The translations under genes were made by a program, and so were the position numbers. Source: a virus. From it: a stretch of 64,000 nucleotides of DNA. Each line of letters opens with the position of its first letter. The stretch's first letter is position 1. A model generated the notes under the pieces. The model saw nothing but the letters and a program-made list of their open reading frames with translations. It made no database searches and had not been told where the DNA came from. The stretch lies in IMG/VR virus record IMGVR_UViG_3300025115_000003, positions 1 to 64,000 of that record. One strand, 5' to 3'. Below, one piece after another: positions 19,543 through 27,978 of the stretch.

Positions 19543-20106
19543 ATGTGCTTAGAAAACATTAGTGAAAAGAAAATTGCCAAACGTAATATTAAATGTTACA
19601 AATGGTTAAAAAAAGTATTTGATTTGACAACTCTTGCCAACGCTCACGGAAAGCCTTTTAAGGCTAAAATACGTGAAAAAGAAGTAGAAGGAGTAATTTC
19701 TATAAGTAGTAGTGGAGGTATATACTTTTGTCAAAATCATCATGATGGAGCAGATGCTTTTGATAAATTTGGATATGAATATTCTTGGGCAATGGATAGT
19801 AATGTATCTAATATAGCCGTTGAAGGAATTGAAGTCCCTTTTACTCTAATTACTCCATATCAGGAGATTCCTGTTGAAATAGGAAAAACCTATCTCTCAG
19901 AGGTGGAAGTAACTAATTCTATTATTGGGGAAGGACTACATTCTTTTTATGATTTAGAAGATGCAATTGATGATGCTGACGATAATTGGGTCATAGTAGA
20001 ATGTATAATTCCGAAAGGAAGTACATACTACAGTGGGACATTTATAGGATGGAAATCCTATGCTTCTAATGAATTGAAGTATGAAGAGATAGTAAGGGAA
20101 AGATAA
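19543..20106 (+). CDS. Hypothetical protein (MCL...VECIIPKG type) with inserted domain
   Basis: MCL..KIAKRNIKCYK / TPY..IGKTY / GLHSF / VECIIPKGS / YASN pattern seen in Bacteroidota phages. Confidence 0.75.
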   Translation: MCLENISEKKIAKRNIKCYKWLKKVFDLTTLANAHGKPFKAKIREKEVEGVISISSSGGIYFCQNHHDGADAFDKFGYEYSWAMDSNVSNIAVEGIEVPFTLITPYQEIPVEIGKTYLSEVEVTNSIIGEGLHSFYDLEDAIDDADDNWVIVECIIPKGSTYYSGTFIGWKSYASNELKYEEIVRER

Positions 20107-20113
20107 AAATAAT

Positions 20114-20159
20114 AAAGTAAGCCAATAATATTGATGTTGATGTTGTTGGCTTACTTTTT
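20114..20159 (+). terminator. Intrinsic terminator
   Basis: AAAGTAAGCCAATAATAT...ATGTTGTTGGCTTACTTT long stem plus T run. Confidence 0.7.
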
Positions 20160-20484
20160 AAATATAATATGAAATGATGAATGTGATAGAGAATTAGGCA
20201 CTGTTTCCTTCGGAAACTTTACTTAATCCTCAATCATTAAATTTATTATTTCTTTTTATAATGTTATTATTTATTATTTTTTATCTTTTAATCATACTAT
20301 ACTATCAAATATTATTACTTTTATAACCTCAATTAAACTTATATATCTATTATTATATAATGTTTATTTTTTATAAACTCTGTTAATGTTCCTTTAGTCA
20401 GAGTATAATTAAAACTATAAATAAAAGGAGTGCATTGCATGTAATATTGCATTAAGGTTGCTCAAACTCAAAAACTTATTAATC

Positions 20485-20691
20485 ATGTCACAGAACGAAT
20501 ATTCATCACAGGAATTATACCGTGCAGTATTAGCATGTGTTATATTCTCAACAGCCAATGATAATCAGGGACTTAAAGAAGTCGCTGGTAAAACCTTTGG
20601 AGACAAAGTACACACAATTATTCATCATACTCTTAATAGTAAGTCTGCTGTAGAGGTAGTAAGTAAATTAAAAACATTTACTGGTGAATAA
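20485..20691 (+). CDS. Hypothetical protein
   Basis: Likely ATG at 20485 after the TCAAACTCAAAAACTTATTA leader repeat. Confidence 0.65.
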   Translation: MSQNEYSSQELYRAVLACVIFSTANDNQGLKEVAGKTFGDKVHTIIHHTLNSKSAVEVVSKLKTFTGE

Positions 20692-20699
20692 AATAATTC

Positions 20700-20727
20700 T
20701 TTGAATTTCCCCTGCAATAACATCAAA
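20700..20727 (+). repeat. 28-bp direct repeat, copy 1
   Basis: TTTGAATTTCCCCTGCAATAACATCAAA; 23/28 identical to 21078-21105. Confidence 0.75.
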
Positions 20728-20728
20728 T

Positions 20729-21073
20729 ATGAAATATCTAATTATTACAACCGATAAAAGAAAAGTATTTGGTATCGGTACAATTATATTTGCTGATACT
20801 AAAATCTTTTTTGATGATATTTTAGGAAAAGAGTGTGAAGTTCCCTTTGCTGACATTTTAGAAATAAGAGAAGATTGTGAAAAATTCATTCCTTATCCTG
20901 AAGAAGAAGCAAATAGAATATTTAACAACTGGCCAGAAATATCTGAATTTTGGTATACTTCTGATATGAAAGCCTTTATTAGAGCAGAAGAAGCTGTTGA
21001 ACACAGTTTAACTCTAATTAATACAATTGTGATAAACTACTGTATATTAGAAGGTTCTACAATACAATCTTAA
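20729..21073 (+). CDS. Hypothetical protein between direct repeats
   Basis: 114-aa ORF co-oriented with the early block. Confidence 0.7.
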   Translation: MKYLIITTDKRKVFGIGTIIFADTKIFFDDILGKECEVPFADILEIREDCEKFIPYPEEEANRIFNNWPEISEFWYTSDMKAFIRAEEAVEHSLTLINTIVINYCILEGSTIQS

Positions 21074-21077
21074 TACA

Positions 21078-21119
21078 TTTGAGCTTCCCCTGCGATTATA
21101 TCAAAGGGGATTCTCTTTT
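21078..21119 (+). repeat. 28-bp direct repeat, copy 2, completing a terminator-like hairpin
   Basis: TTTGAGCTTCCCCTGCGATTATATCAAA then GGGGATTCTCTTTT. Confidence 0.75.
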
Positions 21120-21204
21120 AATAAAGTGGACTAAGCCACTATAAATAGTTGTTAGGCTTAGTGCGTTGCTTATAGCAGGTCAAACTCAAAAAAAACTTAT
21201 TATT

Positions 21205-21378
21205 ATGACACTATCATTTAATTTAATATGGACTGATTCAAAATCAAAAAATCGAATTCAGATGGAAAACATGAGTTCTAAATGTCTTGCTAATCTTATA
21301 ATTAGATTAGGAAATACTGCTATAGAACATGAAATTACCATTTGTCCAAATCAAGAGTATTTAGGAAAGCCTAAATAA
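21205..21378 (+). CDS. Hypothetical protein
   Basis: ATG at 21205 after the second TCAAACTCAAAAAAAACTTATTA leader. Confidence 0.55.
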   Translation: MTLSFNLIWTDSKSKNRIQMENMSSKCLANLIIRLGNTAIEHEITICPNQEYLGKPK

Positions 21379-21476
21379 TTGAAATGGAGATTTGAAAGAT
21401 TTGAGTTCCCCGAAATCTAAGGAAAGTAGGGGAACTATATTTAAATTAGCATAGGTAAAATTAAACAACGACAATT

Positions 21477-21653
21477 ATGAAATACTGTATTGCAGCTTGT
21501 GATAGATTTGAACAAATTCCTGATCCCTATAATAATGGTAGGATTTGCTTTAAGTCTAAAAATACCTTTTTTGATAGAACCGACCTTACAGGGATTATGA
21601 ATGACCCTAAATTCCTGTTCATAGTACACGATATTGTATATTTCAATACTTAA
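21477..21653 (+). CDS. Small hypothetical protein, 58 aa (not in ORF track)
   Basis: MKYCIAACDRF...IVYFNT*, on the local coding strand. Confidence 0.45.
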   Translation: MKYCIAACDRFEQIPDPYNNGRICFKSKNTFFDRTDLTGIMNDPKFLFIVHDIVYFNT

Positions 21654-21664
21654 ATCTATTTATT

Positions 21665-21922
21665 ATGAAAGTGAAGATGTTTACCAAAGATGAAAAATGT
21701 GAAAACATTATTTCAGTAAATGTATGTCATATGACGATGTTTGAAAAACATGAGATATGTTTGCATTTTAATGGTATGGGTAATATGATATCCGAAGATC
21801 AAATAAAATTTTTGGAAGTATGTATCAAAAACCACATATTGGTTGAAGTTCAAGGTCATGAAGTTACAATAATTCCCGAACCTAAGAACTTTCAAAGAGT
21901 TAGATTTCGTTTTGATTCTTAA
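21665..21922 (+). CDS. Hypothetical protein
   Basis: 85-aa ORF on coding strand. Confidence 0.65.
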   Translation: MKVKMFTKDEKCENIISVNVCHMTMFEKHEICLHFNGMGNMISEDQIKFLEVCIKNHILVEVQGHEVTIIPEPKNFQRVRFRFDS

Positions 21923-21923
21923 T

Positions 21924-22109
21924 AAAGAATGCTAACAAGTTTGGAGTGTGCGAAAACCTTTTCGACCTTTTATGGATTGGAAATAATAATGAATAATTAT
22001 TGCACATAATTCTATTTCCAAATAAGTTAGAGTTAATCGTAAACATAGGGATATATACTTATGTGATAAGATTAACTTCCATTCAACATAGATAGAGTGG
22101 ACATTCTTT
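21924..22109 (+). ncRNA. Candidate structured non-coding RNA (four-way junction)
   Basis: Four helices abut with no unpaired junction bases: 21924-31/22102-09, 21932-36/22026-30, 22031-38/22070-77, 22078-84/22095-101. Confidence 0.55.
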
Positions 22110-22113
22110 TTAT

Positions 22114-22187
22114 AATCTCATAGTTTAAACTGGTTATAATATTAGCTTTTATAGTTAAAGTTTCAGGTTCGATTCCTGATGAGATTG
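22114..22187 (+). tRNA. tRNA with anticodon TTA (ochre suppressor-like, or degenerate tRNA)
   Basis: Acceptor AATCTCA/TGAGATT; T8A9; D-loop with GG; anticodon stem TTAGC/GTTAA with loop TT-TTA-TA; T arm TCAGG-TTCGATT-CCTGA; discriminator G, then CAA rather than CCA. Confidence 0.75.
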
Positions 22188-22222
22188 CAATCTATTAAAT
22201 TATTAATTTAATACTTAAAGTT

Positions 22223-22612
22223 ATGCCATTTATTTCAAATCAAGATTTAAAACTTATTAATATTCACATAGATGAATTAAATAAGTTAATTGCTGATAGA
22301 ATACAGGATTTAATTAAAACCTTTACACAAAATGCAATTAAATCTATTAGCGCTAAAGCAAAAGAATATGCTGAAGTAGATATATCTAAAGCTATTGATT
22401 CCATCAGTATTGAAGAAGAAAGATTATCTCGACATACTTATTTTGCTTTAGGCGCTGGTAGTAAAGAAGCATTTAATTATAATTTTATTAAATCTGAATT
22501 GTTATTTGTTGAATTAATTACTATTGTTAGTAAACAAGAACAATTAGAAGAAAACATAAATGCATTTTATAGTTGGTTTATCCAAAAATTAAAAGAAAAT
22601 GAAAAAGATTAA
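22223..22612 (+). CDS. Hypothetical helical protein
   Basis: 129-aa ORF, first of an overlapping gene run. Confidence 0.7.
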   Translation: MPFISNQDLKLINIHIDELNKLIADRIQDLIKTFTQNAIKSISAKAKEYAEVDISKAIDSISIEEERLSRHTYFALGAGSKEAFNYNFIKSELLFVELITIVSKQEQLEENINAFYSWFIQKLKENEKD

Positions 22613-22877
22613 AGACGTACTTGAGGCAATTACAATAAGAGATGCCATAAATGGTAATCATATAACTGTTACAGATTTAGTAGGAGCAATTCTTCCAGAT
22701 AATACCTTTAGAAAAGCCATTCCTGCTAAATTCATGTTTGTTATTTTTATAAAGGATAAGACTAAGTATTATTCTCAACATTATAATACAAAGGAAGATT
22801 TATTCTTTGCTATGTATGATGTTGTAAAAATTCACGGTAAAGAAAATGTTACACATATAAAAATCGAAGAAGTATGA
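22599..22877 (+). CDS. Hypothetical protein
   Basis: Overlaps both neighbours. Confidence 0.7.
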   Translation: MKKIKDVLEAITIRDAINGNHITVTDLVGAILPDNTFRKAIPAKFMFVIFIKDKTKYYSQHYNTKEDLFFAMYDVVKIHGKENVTHIKIEEV

Positions 22878-23377
22878 TAGGAACAATAAAAGCATTTCCT
22901 GTAACAGGAAAAATCAAAGAAGGAGTAACTGTACTAACTTCTGAAGGGGAAGTAGTAAAAGTCACTGAAGTAAAGGACAACATTGTAGTTTGTGCAAATG
23001 ATAAAAGTTATTCCTTAAGTGTAGTTACATTAATAAAAAAATATGTAGTAAATCGCAATAAAATTGCAGAATTACATTTTAGCGATTACCAATTATCTTT
23101 GGATAAAAAGGTTGAAGTAGCTACAAAGGAATCTTTAGTTAATGGTTTCATAGGAGACCACGTGAGAATCTTTAAAGTATCTGCTGATATGTTAAATTCA
23201 GATGAGTATTTAAAGATTGAACCTATTAACGGTGTTATTGTTGATATTGGTGATAATATGTATGAGGTTGAAACAATCTATGGTAAGAAGTTTAAAGTAA
23301 GGCGACATTACTTTGAAATTCTTACACGTAAGAATACTAAATTAGTTGGTAAATATATACGTGATGTTGACATTTAA
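22874..23377 (+). CDS. Hypothetical protein, possibly tandem SH3/KOW-like barrels
   Basis: ATGA overlap; IKEGVTVL and IGDHVRI beta-rich segments. Confidence 0.65.
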   Translation: MIGTIKAFPVTGKIKEGVTVLTSEGEVVKVTEVKDNIVVCANDKSYSLSVVTLIKKYVVNRNKIAELHFSDYQLSLDKKVEVATKESLVNGFIGDHVRIFKVSADMLNSDEYLKIEPINGVIVDIGDNMYEVETIYGKKFKVRRHYFEILTRKNTKLVGKYIRDVDI

Positions 23378-23690
23378 AGATAATGTAAAAGAAAACACTC
23401 CCAAAGAATATACTATTGGTATAGTTGTATATATTGAAAATGTATTTTATGCTAATGTCAAAGATACTTTGTATGAAATAGATTATCAAATATGTAATTA
23501 TACCACTGTATATAGCAAACCTAACAACGATAAATATTCTGCTTGGACAGAAAAGAAAAATAAAATTATTTCTAATTCCAAAGCAGAAGTTTATTGGAGT
23601 CCATTTAAACCTGGTATGAGAATACAAGGTAATATAATTAAAAACAAATTTGTAGAAAAGAAAAGTAAAATTAAAAAGCCATGCAAATAA
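23364..23690 (+). CDS. Hypothetical protein
   Basis: Likely start MLTF at 23364; overlaps neighbours. Confidence 0.6.
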   Translation: MLTFKDNVKENTPKEYTIGIVVYIENVFYANVKDTLYEIDYQICNYTTVYSKPNNDKYSAWTEKKNKIISNSKAEVYWSPFKPGMRIQGNIIKNKFVEKKSKIKKPCK

Positions 23691-23929
23691 CAAAAATTGT
23701 AATCACTAAAAGGAAAGAAGCATTTCCGCTAATAGATGTAACTGTTAAATATTGGGGTTTTATCCCTGTTTCTTATCGCTCTATTAAAATACGTACTCGT
23801 AAAAATCGAGTATGGGAGAGTGTTTTTGGTCAAGTAGGCACAAACCGTGCCAAAAAGATTACTGCTTTATACGATGCCCGAATTGAGGATCAGTTTAAAG
23901 GAGTAATATTTATTGATAAAACAAAATAA
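23681..23929 (+). CDS. Hypothetical basic protein
   Basis: 82-aa ORF followed by terminator. Confidence 0.65.
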   Translation: MQITKIVITKRKEAFPLIDVTVKYWGFIPVSYRSIKIRTRKNRVWESVFGQVGTNRAKKITALYDARIEDQFKGVIFIDKTK

Positions 23930-23961
23930 TCCTAAGTTGTTCTTTGTATAGGGAGTGGGGA

Positions 23962-23996
23962 TAAGGGAGGAGTAGGATTATCCTCCCTTACTTTTT
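23962..23996 (+). terminator. Intrinsic terminator
   Basis: TAAGGGAGGA...TCCTCCCTTA then CTTTTT. Confidence 0.75.
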
Positions 23997-24017
23997 AATC
24001 TAATAATAATTAAAATC

Positions 24018-24263
24018 ATGAGAACCTATTTATTACTTATAACAATAATGTTAATTGTTATGTATCTTATAGTTAACTATAATAAAGATAAAAATATAGA
24101 AAGAGAACATCAAAAGAAAATGAATGAGTTGAAGTATCTACAAAAGGCGCAAGATATAAAAACCAGTATTCAATTAAAATTGGATATAATGGAATTAGAC
24201 AGTATAATCAATGAGAGTAGGAAAAGAATGGAGTATACTGTTAGCGTTACGACAGCAAAATGA
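24018..24263 (+). CDS. Hypothetical membrane-anchored coiled-coil protein
   Basis: N-terminal hydrophobic helix. Confidence 0.65.
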   Translation: MRTYLLLITIMLIVMYLIVNYNKDKNIEREHQKKMNELKYLQKAQDIKTSIQLKLDIMELDSIINESRKRMEYTVSVTTAK

Positions 24264-24302
24264 GGTTGACCCCCCATGTGCATCATCTTATCCTATGGGT
24301 TT
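24259..24302 (-). repeat. AAACCCATAGGATA element, copy 2 (inverted)
   Basis: CTTATCCTATGGGTTT at 24287-24302, preceded by ATGAGG...CCCCCCAT. Confidence 0.85.
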
Positions 24303-24428
24303 TGGGAAGTAAGATAACTTATTAAATAACAAAATGATTTTAAATTGATACAAAAATGAAAACTTTTCTTATAGTTTTTTTAGTAATATTTGCTATTGTA
24401 ATGTTATTCAATTCTGATAAATTTAATA

Positions 24429-24788
24429 ATGATGACAACGAAGGATTTTATAATAGCTAACAAAGATATAGTTAAAGATTTTTTAGAATGGTTAACTACT
24501 AATTCTAATTTAACTGTACTTTTACCCATGCCAATAGAAACAATTATTGGTTATGCTATTAAATACTTAGCTACTAAAAATTTATCTTATATATGTGATC
24601 TTAATAGTATAATTGTATATTATCTTGATCCTAAATTAGTAGTTAATATATTATTAGCCAAACATGCTGAAACTGGAAAGTTTAATGATATAGCATATGA
24701 ACTATTCAATATTAATTCTCCAGATATAGTAACATCTCATTTAAAAGCAATTGAATTTTTACTTAATAAACTTAATAATCCTTTTTAA
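24429..24788 (+). CDS. Hypothetical protein
   Basis: 119-aa ORF on coding strand. Confidence 0.7.
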   Translation: MMTTKDFIIANKDIVKDFLEWLTTNSNLTVLLPMPIETIIGYAIKYLATKNLSYICDLNSIIVYYLDPKLVVNILLAKHAETGKFNDIAYELFNINSPDIVTSHLKAIEFLLNKLNNPF

Positions 24789-24789
24789 T

Positions 24790-24972
24790 ATGGTAGGAAG
24801 AAATGAAGCATTTTACAAAGTATTAAATGCAATCAAAAGTTGTGAAATAATACAACAATTGGATTCAGCATATAAATTTATAATGAATTATTATAAATTA
24901 TATGATGATATATCCAGTTATGAGTTATTAGTTTTTGAATATAATAATAAAGCTAAGGAGTTAGAGACATGA
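24790..24972 (+). CDS. Hypothetical protein
   Basis: Likely start MVGRNEAF just after the previous stop; ATGA overlap downstream. Confidence 0.6.
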   Translation: MVGRNEAFYKVLNAIKSCEIIQQLDSAYKFIMNYYKLYDDISSYELLVFEYNNKAKELET

Positions 24973-25366
24973 GACTAATTAACCTATCAGATACTCACTA
25001 CATAGTTGTAGATTATTCTAAGATAAAAGAAGGTGATTGGTTCTTTTTAGATATGTCTGAAAATAATCGCCCACATGAAATACATCAAATGGGTAACAAT
25101 AAATGGTCGAAGACGGGGGGATTAATTTTACTCAACCCTCAGCTTGGACAAGGTGCTGTTTTAAAATCACTCATTCAACTCAACCATTAGAAATAACTAA
25201 AATACCTTCCAAAAGTGCTAACATACAAAAAGTATCTTGGGGTAAAATTAAACCACTTTCTCTATCAGAAATAGAAAAAGCTATTAAAAACAATCCTTCT
25301 GAAAATAATCAATGGAATATTTATTTTGATGAAAATAATAAAATAAATTTGGAAATGTTAAAATAA
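24969..25366 (+). pseudogene. Hypothetical gene split by a frameshift at a G6 run
   Basis: ORFs 24969-25190 and 25103-25366 join into one 132-aa protein (..KWSKTGG-INFTQPS..KITHSTQPLE..) if G6 at 25115-25120 is G7. Confidence 0.6.
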
Positions 25367-25379
25367 TGTAGTATATTTG
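25349..25379 (+). promoter_or_regulatory. Bacteroidota-type promoter upstream of replication module
   Basis: (T)TTGGAA-N17-TATATTTG. Confidence 0.6.
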
Positions 25380-25433
25380 TAGTATAAAATACTATAATTA
25401 TGCTAGAAGTATTTACTCGTAAAAATAAATAAC

Positions 25434-25727
25434 ATGAATAAACCTACTATAACTTTGAATACTATTGCTTATTATCTCAATACTATAGATTCTTACAAAG
25501 TTGAGGCTTTTGAAGATGGATTTCTTCATTCTATTCGTAAAGATGATTTTTCGATTTATATATCTGAAATGACTTGGGAACTTAACGGACAAGTTGAACA
25601 TGATTATGTAGTAATAATATTTAAAACAGTAAACAAACTACCTGGATATGCAGGAAAGTTAAAGTTTGTAATGGAAAAGTTAAAAGAATTGTGTAGTACA
25701 ATAACGCCAAATGAAGTTTTAAAATAA
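25434..25727 (+). CDS. Hypothetical protein
   Basis: 97-aa ORF after promoter. Confidence 0.7.
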   Translation: MNKPTITLNTIAYYLNTIDSYKVEAFEDGFLHSIRKDDFSIYISEMTWELNGQVEHDYVVIIFKTVNKLPGYAGKLKFVMEKLKELCSTITPNEVLK

Positions 25728-25732
25728 ATAAT

Positions 25733-25984
25733 ATGGAAACTATAAATTTTAGTAAAATAGAAAATAGAGTAGATTATACATCACTTGATAAAACCAAAGC
25801 TATTTCGGCAGAAGGTGAATTATTTACCATTGGAGATGTAGTTCAACATGAAGTTGAAGAAGCTGGAACAGCTACGATAAAATCCTTTAGTTTTGATTAT
25901 GAAACTAATGATGTAATTGCTAATACTGAAAAAGGTTCAGTCAGAATTTGTTTTATTACTAAAGTTAAACAAGAAGATATATAA
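25733..25984 (+). CDS. Hypothetical protein, SH3-like
   Basis: FTIGDVVQH beta-barrel-like pattern. Confidence 0.65.
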   Translation: METINFSKIENRVDYTSLDKTKAISAEGELFTIGDVVQHEVEEAGTATIKSFSFDYETNDVIANTEKGSVRICFITKVKQEDI

Positions 25985-26062
25985 ATGACATGGAATACAA
26001 AGTAACACCAGTAGAAGATAAAAGACCTATTGATTATTCAACTAAAGACTTAATAGATAAAT

Positions 26063-26302
26063 ATGAGAATCATACGCACCTCTTTAAATAATGTACTTTC
26101 TTTAATTTCTTGTGCAGTAGATTATGGATTTGATGATATTATATTGTTTGAAGCACTTGCTGATATGTTAGATAATAATCTTAGTGATCAGGAGATAGAA
26201 GTATATGCCAAACATATAGAATCTTTAGAAGGATATAGTAAAAAAGACTATAAAGAGATTAAAGATAGATTGATTGATTTTAGAAATAATTATTGTAAAT
26301 AA
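26063..26302 (+). CDS. Hypothetical acidic protein
   Basis: 79-aa ORF on coding strand. Confidence 0.65.
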   Translation: MRIIRTSLNNVLSLISCAVDYGFDDIILFEALADMLDNNLSDQEIEVYAKHIESLEGYSKKDYKEIKDRLIDFRNNYCK

Positions 26303-26315
26303 TTTAATTTGATTT

Positions 26316-27749
26316 ATGAAATTAATACCTGTTAATAGTACTAATCTAAAAGAAGATCAGAGATTATTAGTTGAAGATATAACTAAATTCTTTGAATCCA
26401 AAAAGTTATCTTATACTATATCAGGATTTGCTGGAACAGGTAAATCTTTTGTAGTTAAATATATTATAGATAACTTATTATCTGGAAACAAAGTAGCTGT
26501 AACTGCACCTACTCACAAAGCTGTTAGAGTAATTGAAAAGTTTACTGGTAAATCTGGTCATACTCTACATAGTTTACATGGTCTTAGACCTAATTTTAGT
26601 CTTGATGAATTTAGTATTGATTCTTTTACTTTTGAATCTATTGGTAATGTTAAATTTGATCAATATGAAGTAATATTCATAGACGAAGCCAGTATGATAA
26701 ATGAAGATTTAAAGAAATTAAATGATATTAGATCGAAAGATTATGATACTCGAATTGTATATATGGGTGATCCTTATCAATTACCTCCAGTTAAAGAACA
26801 TGAACCTTCTAAAATATTTACTAAAGTAGATAATTATTATAATCTTACTGAAGTAATTAGACAAGATAAAAGCAATCCATTACTTGAACTGTTTGATATG
26901 CTTAGGGAAGATATTGGAAATGATACTGCTAATTTTATAAATCATATTAAAAAACATAGGCAAGCAGTAGTTACTGGGGGATATATAGTACTTAGTGGAA
27001 AAGATTTCTTTTTAAAAGCAGTAGATCATTTTTTAAGTGAAGAGTTTAAAAAGAATGTAAATTATTGTAGAATTGGTACATATACTAATGACAGTATAGC
27101 TGAATGGAATAAAGCTATAAGAAGTAGAATATTTCCAAATGCACCGTTGATTGTAAAAGATGATGTATTAACAGCTTATAAAACCATTGTTGATGATAAC
27201 AATGCTACAGTCATTACTAATTCTACTGATTACAGAGTAATGGATGTAATATGGAGATTAAATGATGATGGTTTTTATAGTTATCATTTAAAAGTATTAG
27301 ATTTAGATGTTAATAAAATGATATTTATCTCTATTGCAGATCATACAAATCCAACTTTTAAAGTTTATTATGATAAATTAAATAAATTACATAGATTAGC
27401 TTATCATGCTGGTAAACATGAGAGGGCTGTAAAATATAAAGAATATTTTAAATATAAAGATAAATATCTTTGTATGGTAGATTTTACTTTAAAAGATGCA
27501 GGTTCTCATTATGATAGAGGTTGGGTTAAAAAGGAAATAGATTATGGCTATGCTATATCTATTCATAAATCACAAGGTAGTACTTTTGAAAATATATTTA
27601 TTGATGCTCGTAATATATGTTATATGAAAAGTAATGCTAATTTACCAAGAATTAATTCACAAAATAATCCTTATGCTATTTCATTAAGAAATAGATTATT
27701 GTATACAGGATTAAGTAGAGCAAGTAATATTGTTTATATATTTATATAA
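26316..27749 (+). CDS. SF1B (Dda/RecD-like) DNA helicase
   Basis: GFAGTGKS, APTHKA, IDEASM, GDPYQLPPV, YAISIHKSQGSTF, LYTGLSRA. Confidence 0.92.
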   Translation: MKLIPVNSTNLKEDQRLLVEDITKFFESKKLSYTISGFAGTGKSFVVKYIIDNLLSGNKVAVTAPTHKAVRVIEKFTGKSGHTLHSLHGLRPNFSLDEFSIDSFTFESIGNVKFDQYEVIFIDEASMINEDLKKLNDIRSKDYDTRIVYMGDPYQLPPVKEHEPSKIFTKVDNYYNLTEVIRQDKSNPLLELFDMLREDIGNDTANFINHIKKHRQAVVTGGYIVLSGKDFFLKAVDHFLSEEFKKNVNYCRIGTYTNDSIAEWNKAIRSRIFPNAPLIVKDDVLTAYKTIVDDNNATVITNSTDYRVMDVIWRLNDDGFYSYHLKVLDLDVNKMIFISIADHTNPTFKVYYDKLNKLHRLAYHAGKHERAVKYKEYFKYKDKYLCMVDFTLKDAGSHYDRGWVKKEIDYGYAISIHKSQGSTFENIFIDARNICYMKSNANLPRINSQNNPYAISLRNRLLYTGLSRASNIVYIFI

Positions 27750-27750
27750 T

Positions 27751-27978
27751 ATGGAATCAACATTAAAAGATAAAATTAAAAAGATTACAGAAGATCATTT
27801 AACTGATGATGAAGTTAATGAGATTTGTAAATTAGCTAAAGATACAGCTATTAGATTTGATCATTTTGCTACTATGTCATATGTATCTATTATTGATAAA
27901 TATAGAGCTAATGGTAAAAAGTATACAATAGAAGAATTATTTGATGTTTTTGTAAATACTAAAAAAGATGAAGGATAG
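27751..27978 (+). CDS. Hypothetical protein
   Basis: Likely start MESTLK at 27751. Confidence 0.6.
   Translation: MESTLKDKIKKITEDHLTDDEVNEICKLAKDTAIRFDHFATMSYVSIIDKYRANGKKYTIEELFDVFVNTKKDEG

Noticed and set aside
21924-22109. Hairpin ribozyme or SAM-I riboswitch as identity of the four-way junction
   Set aside because: Conserved loop A/B nucleotides and SAM-I core sequences are not recognisable.
22188-22222. Theta (HDV-like) ribozyme downstream of the tRNA
   Set aside because: Only 35 nt of almost pure A/T before the next ATG; no nested pseudoknot possible.
17626-24310. CRISPR array or integron
   Set aside because: Repeats are few, degenerate and irregularly spaced; no cas or integrase gene.
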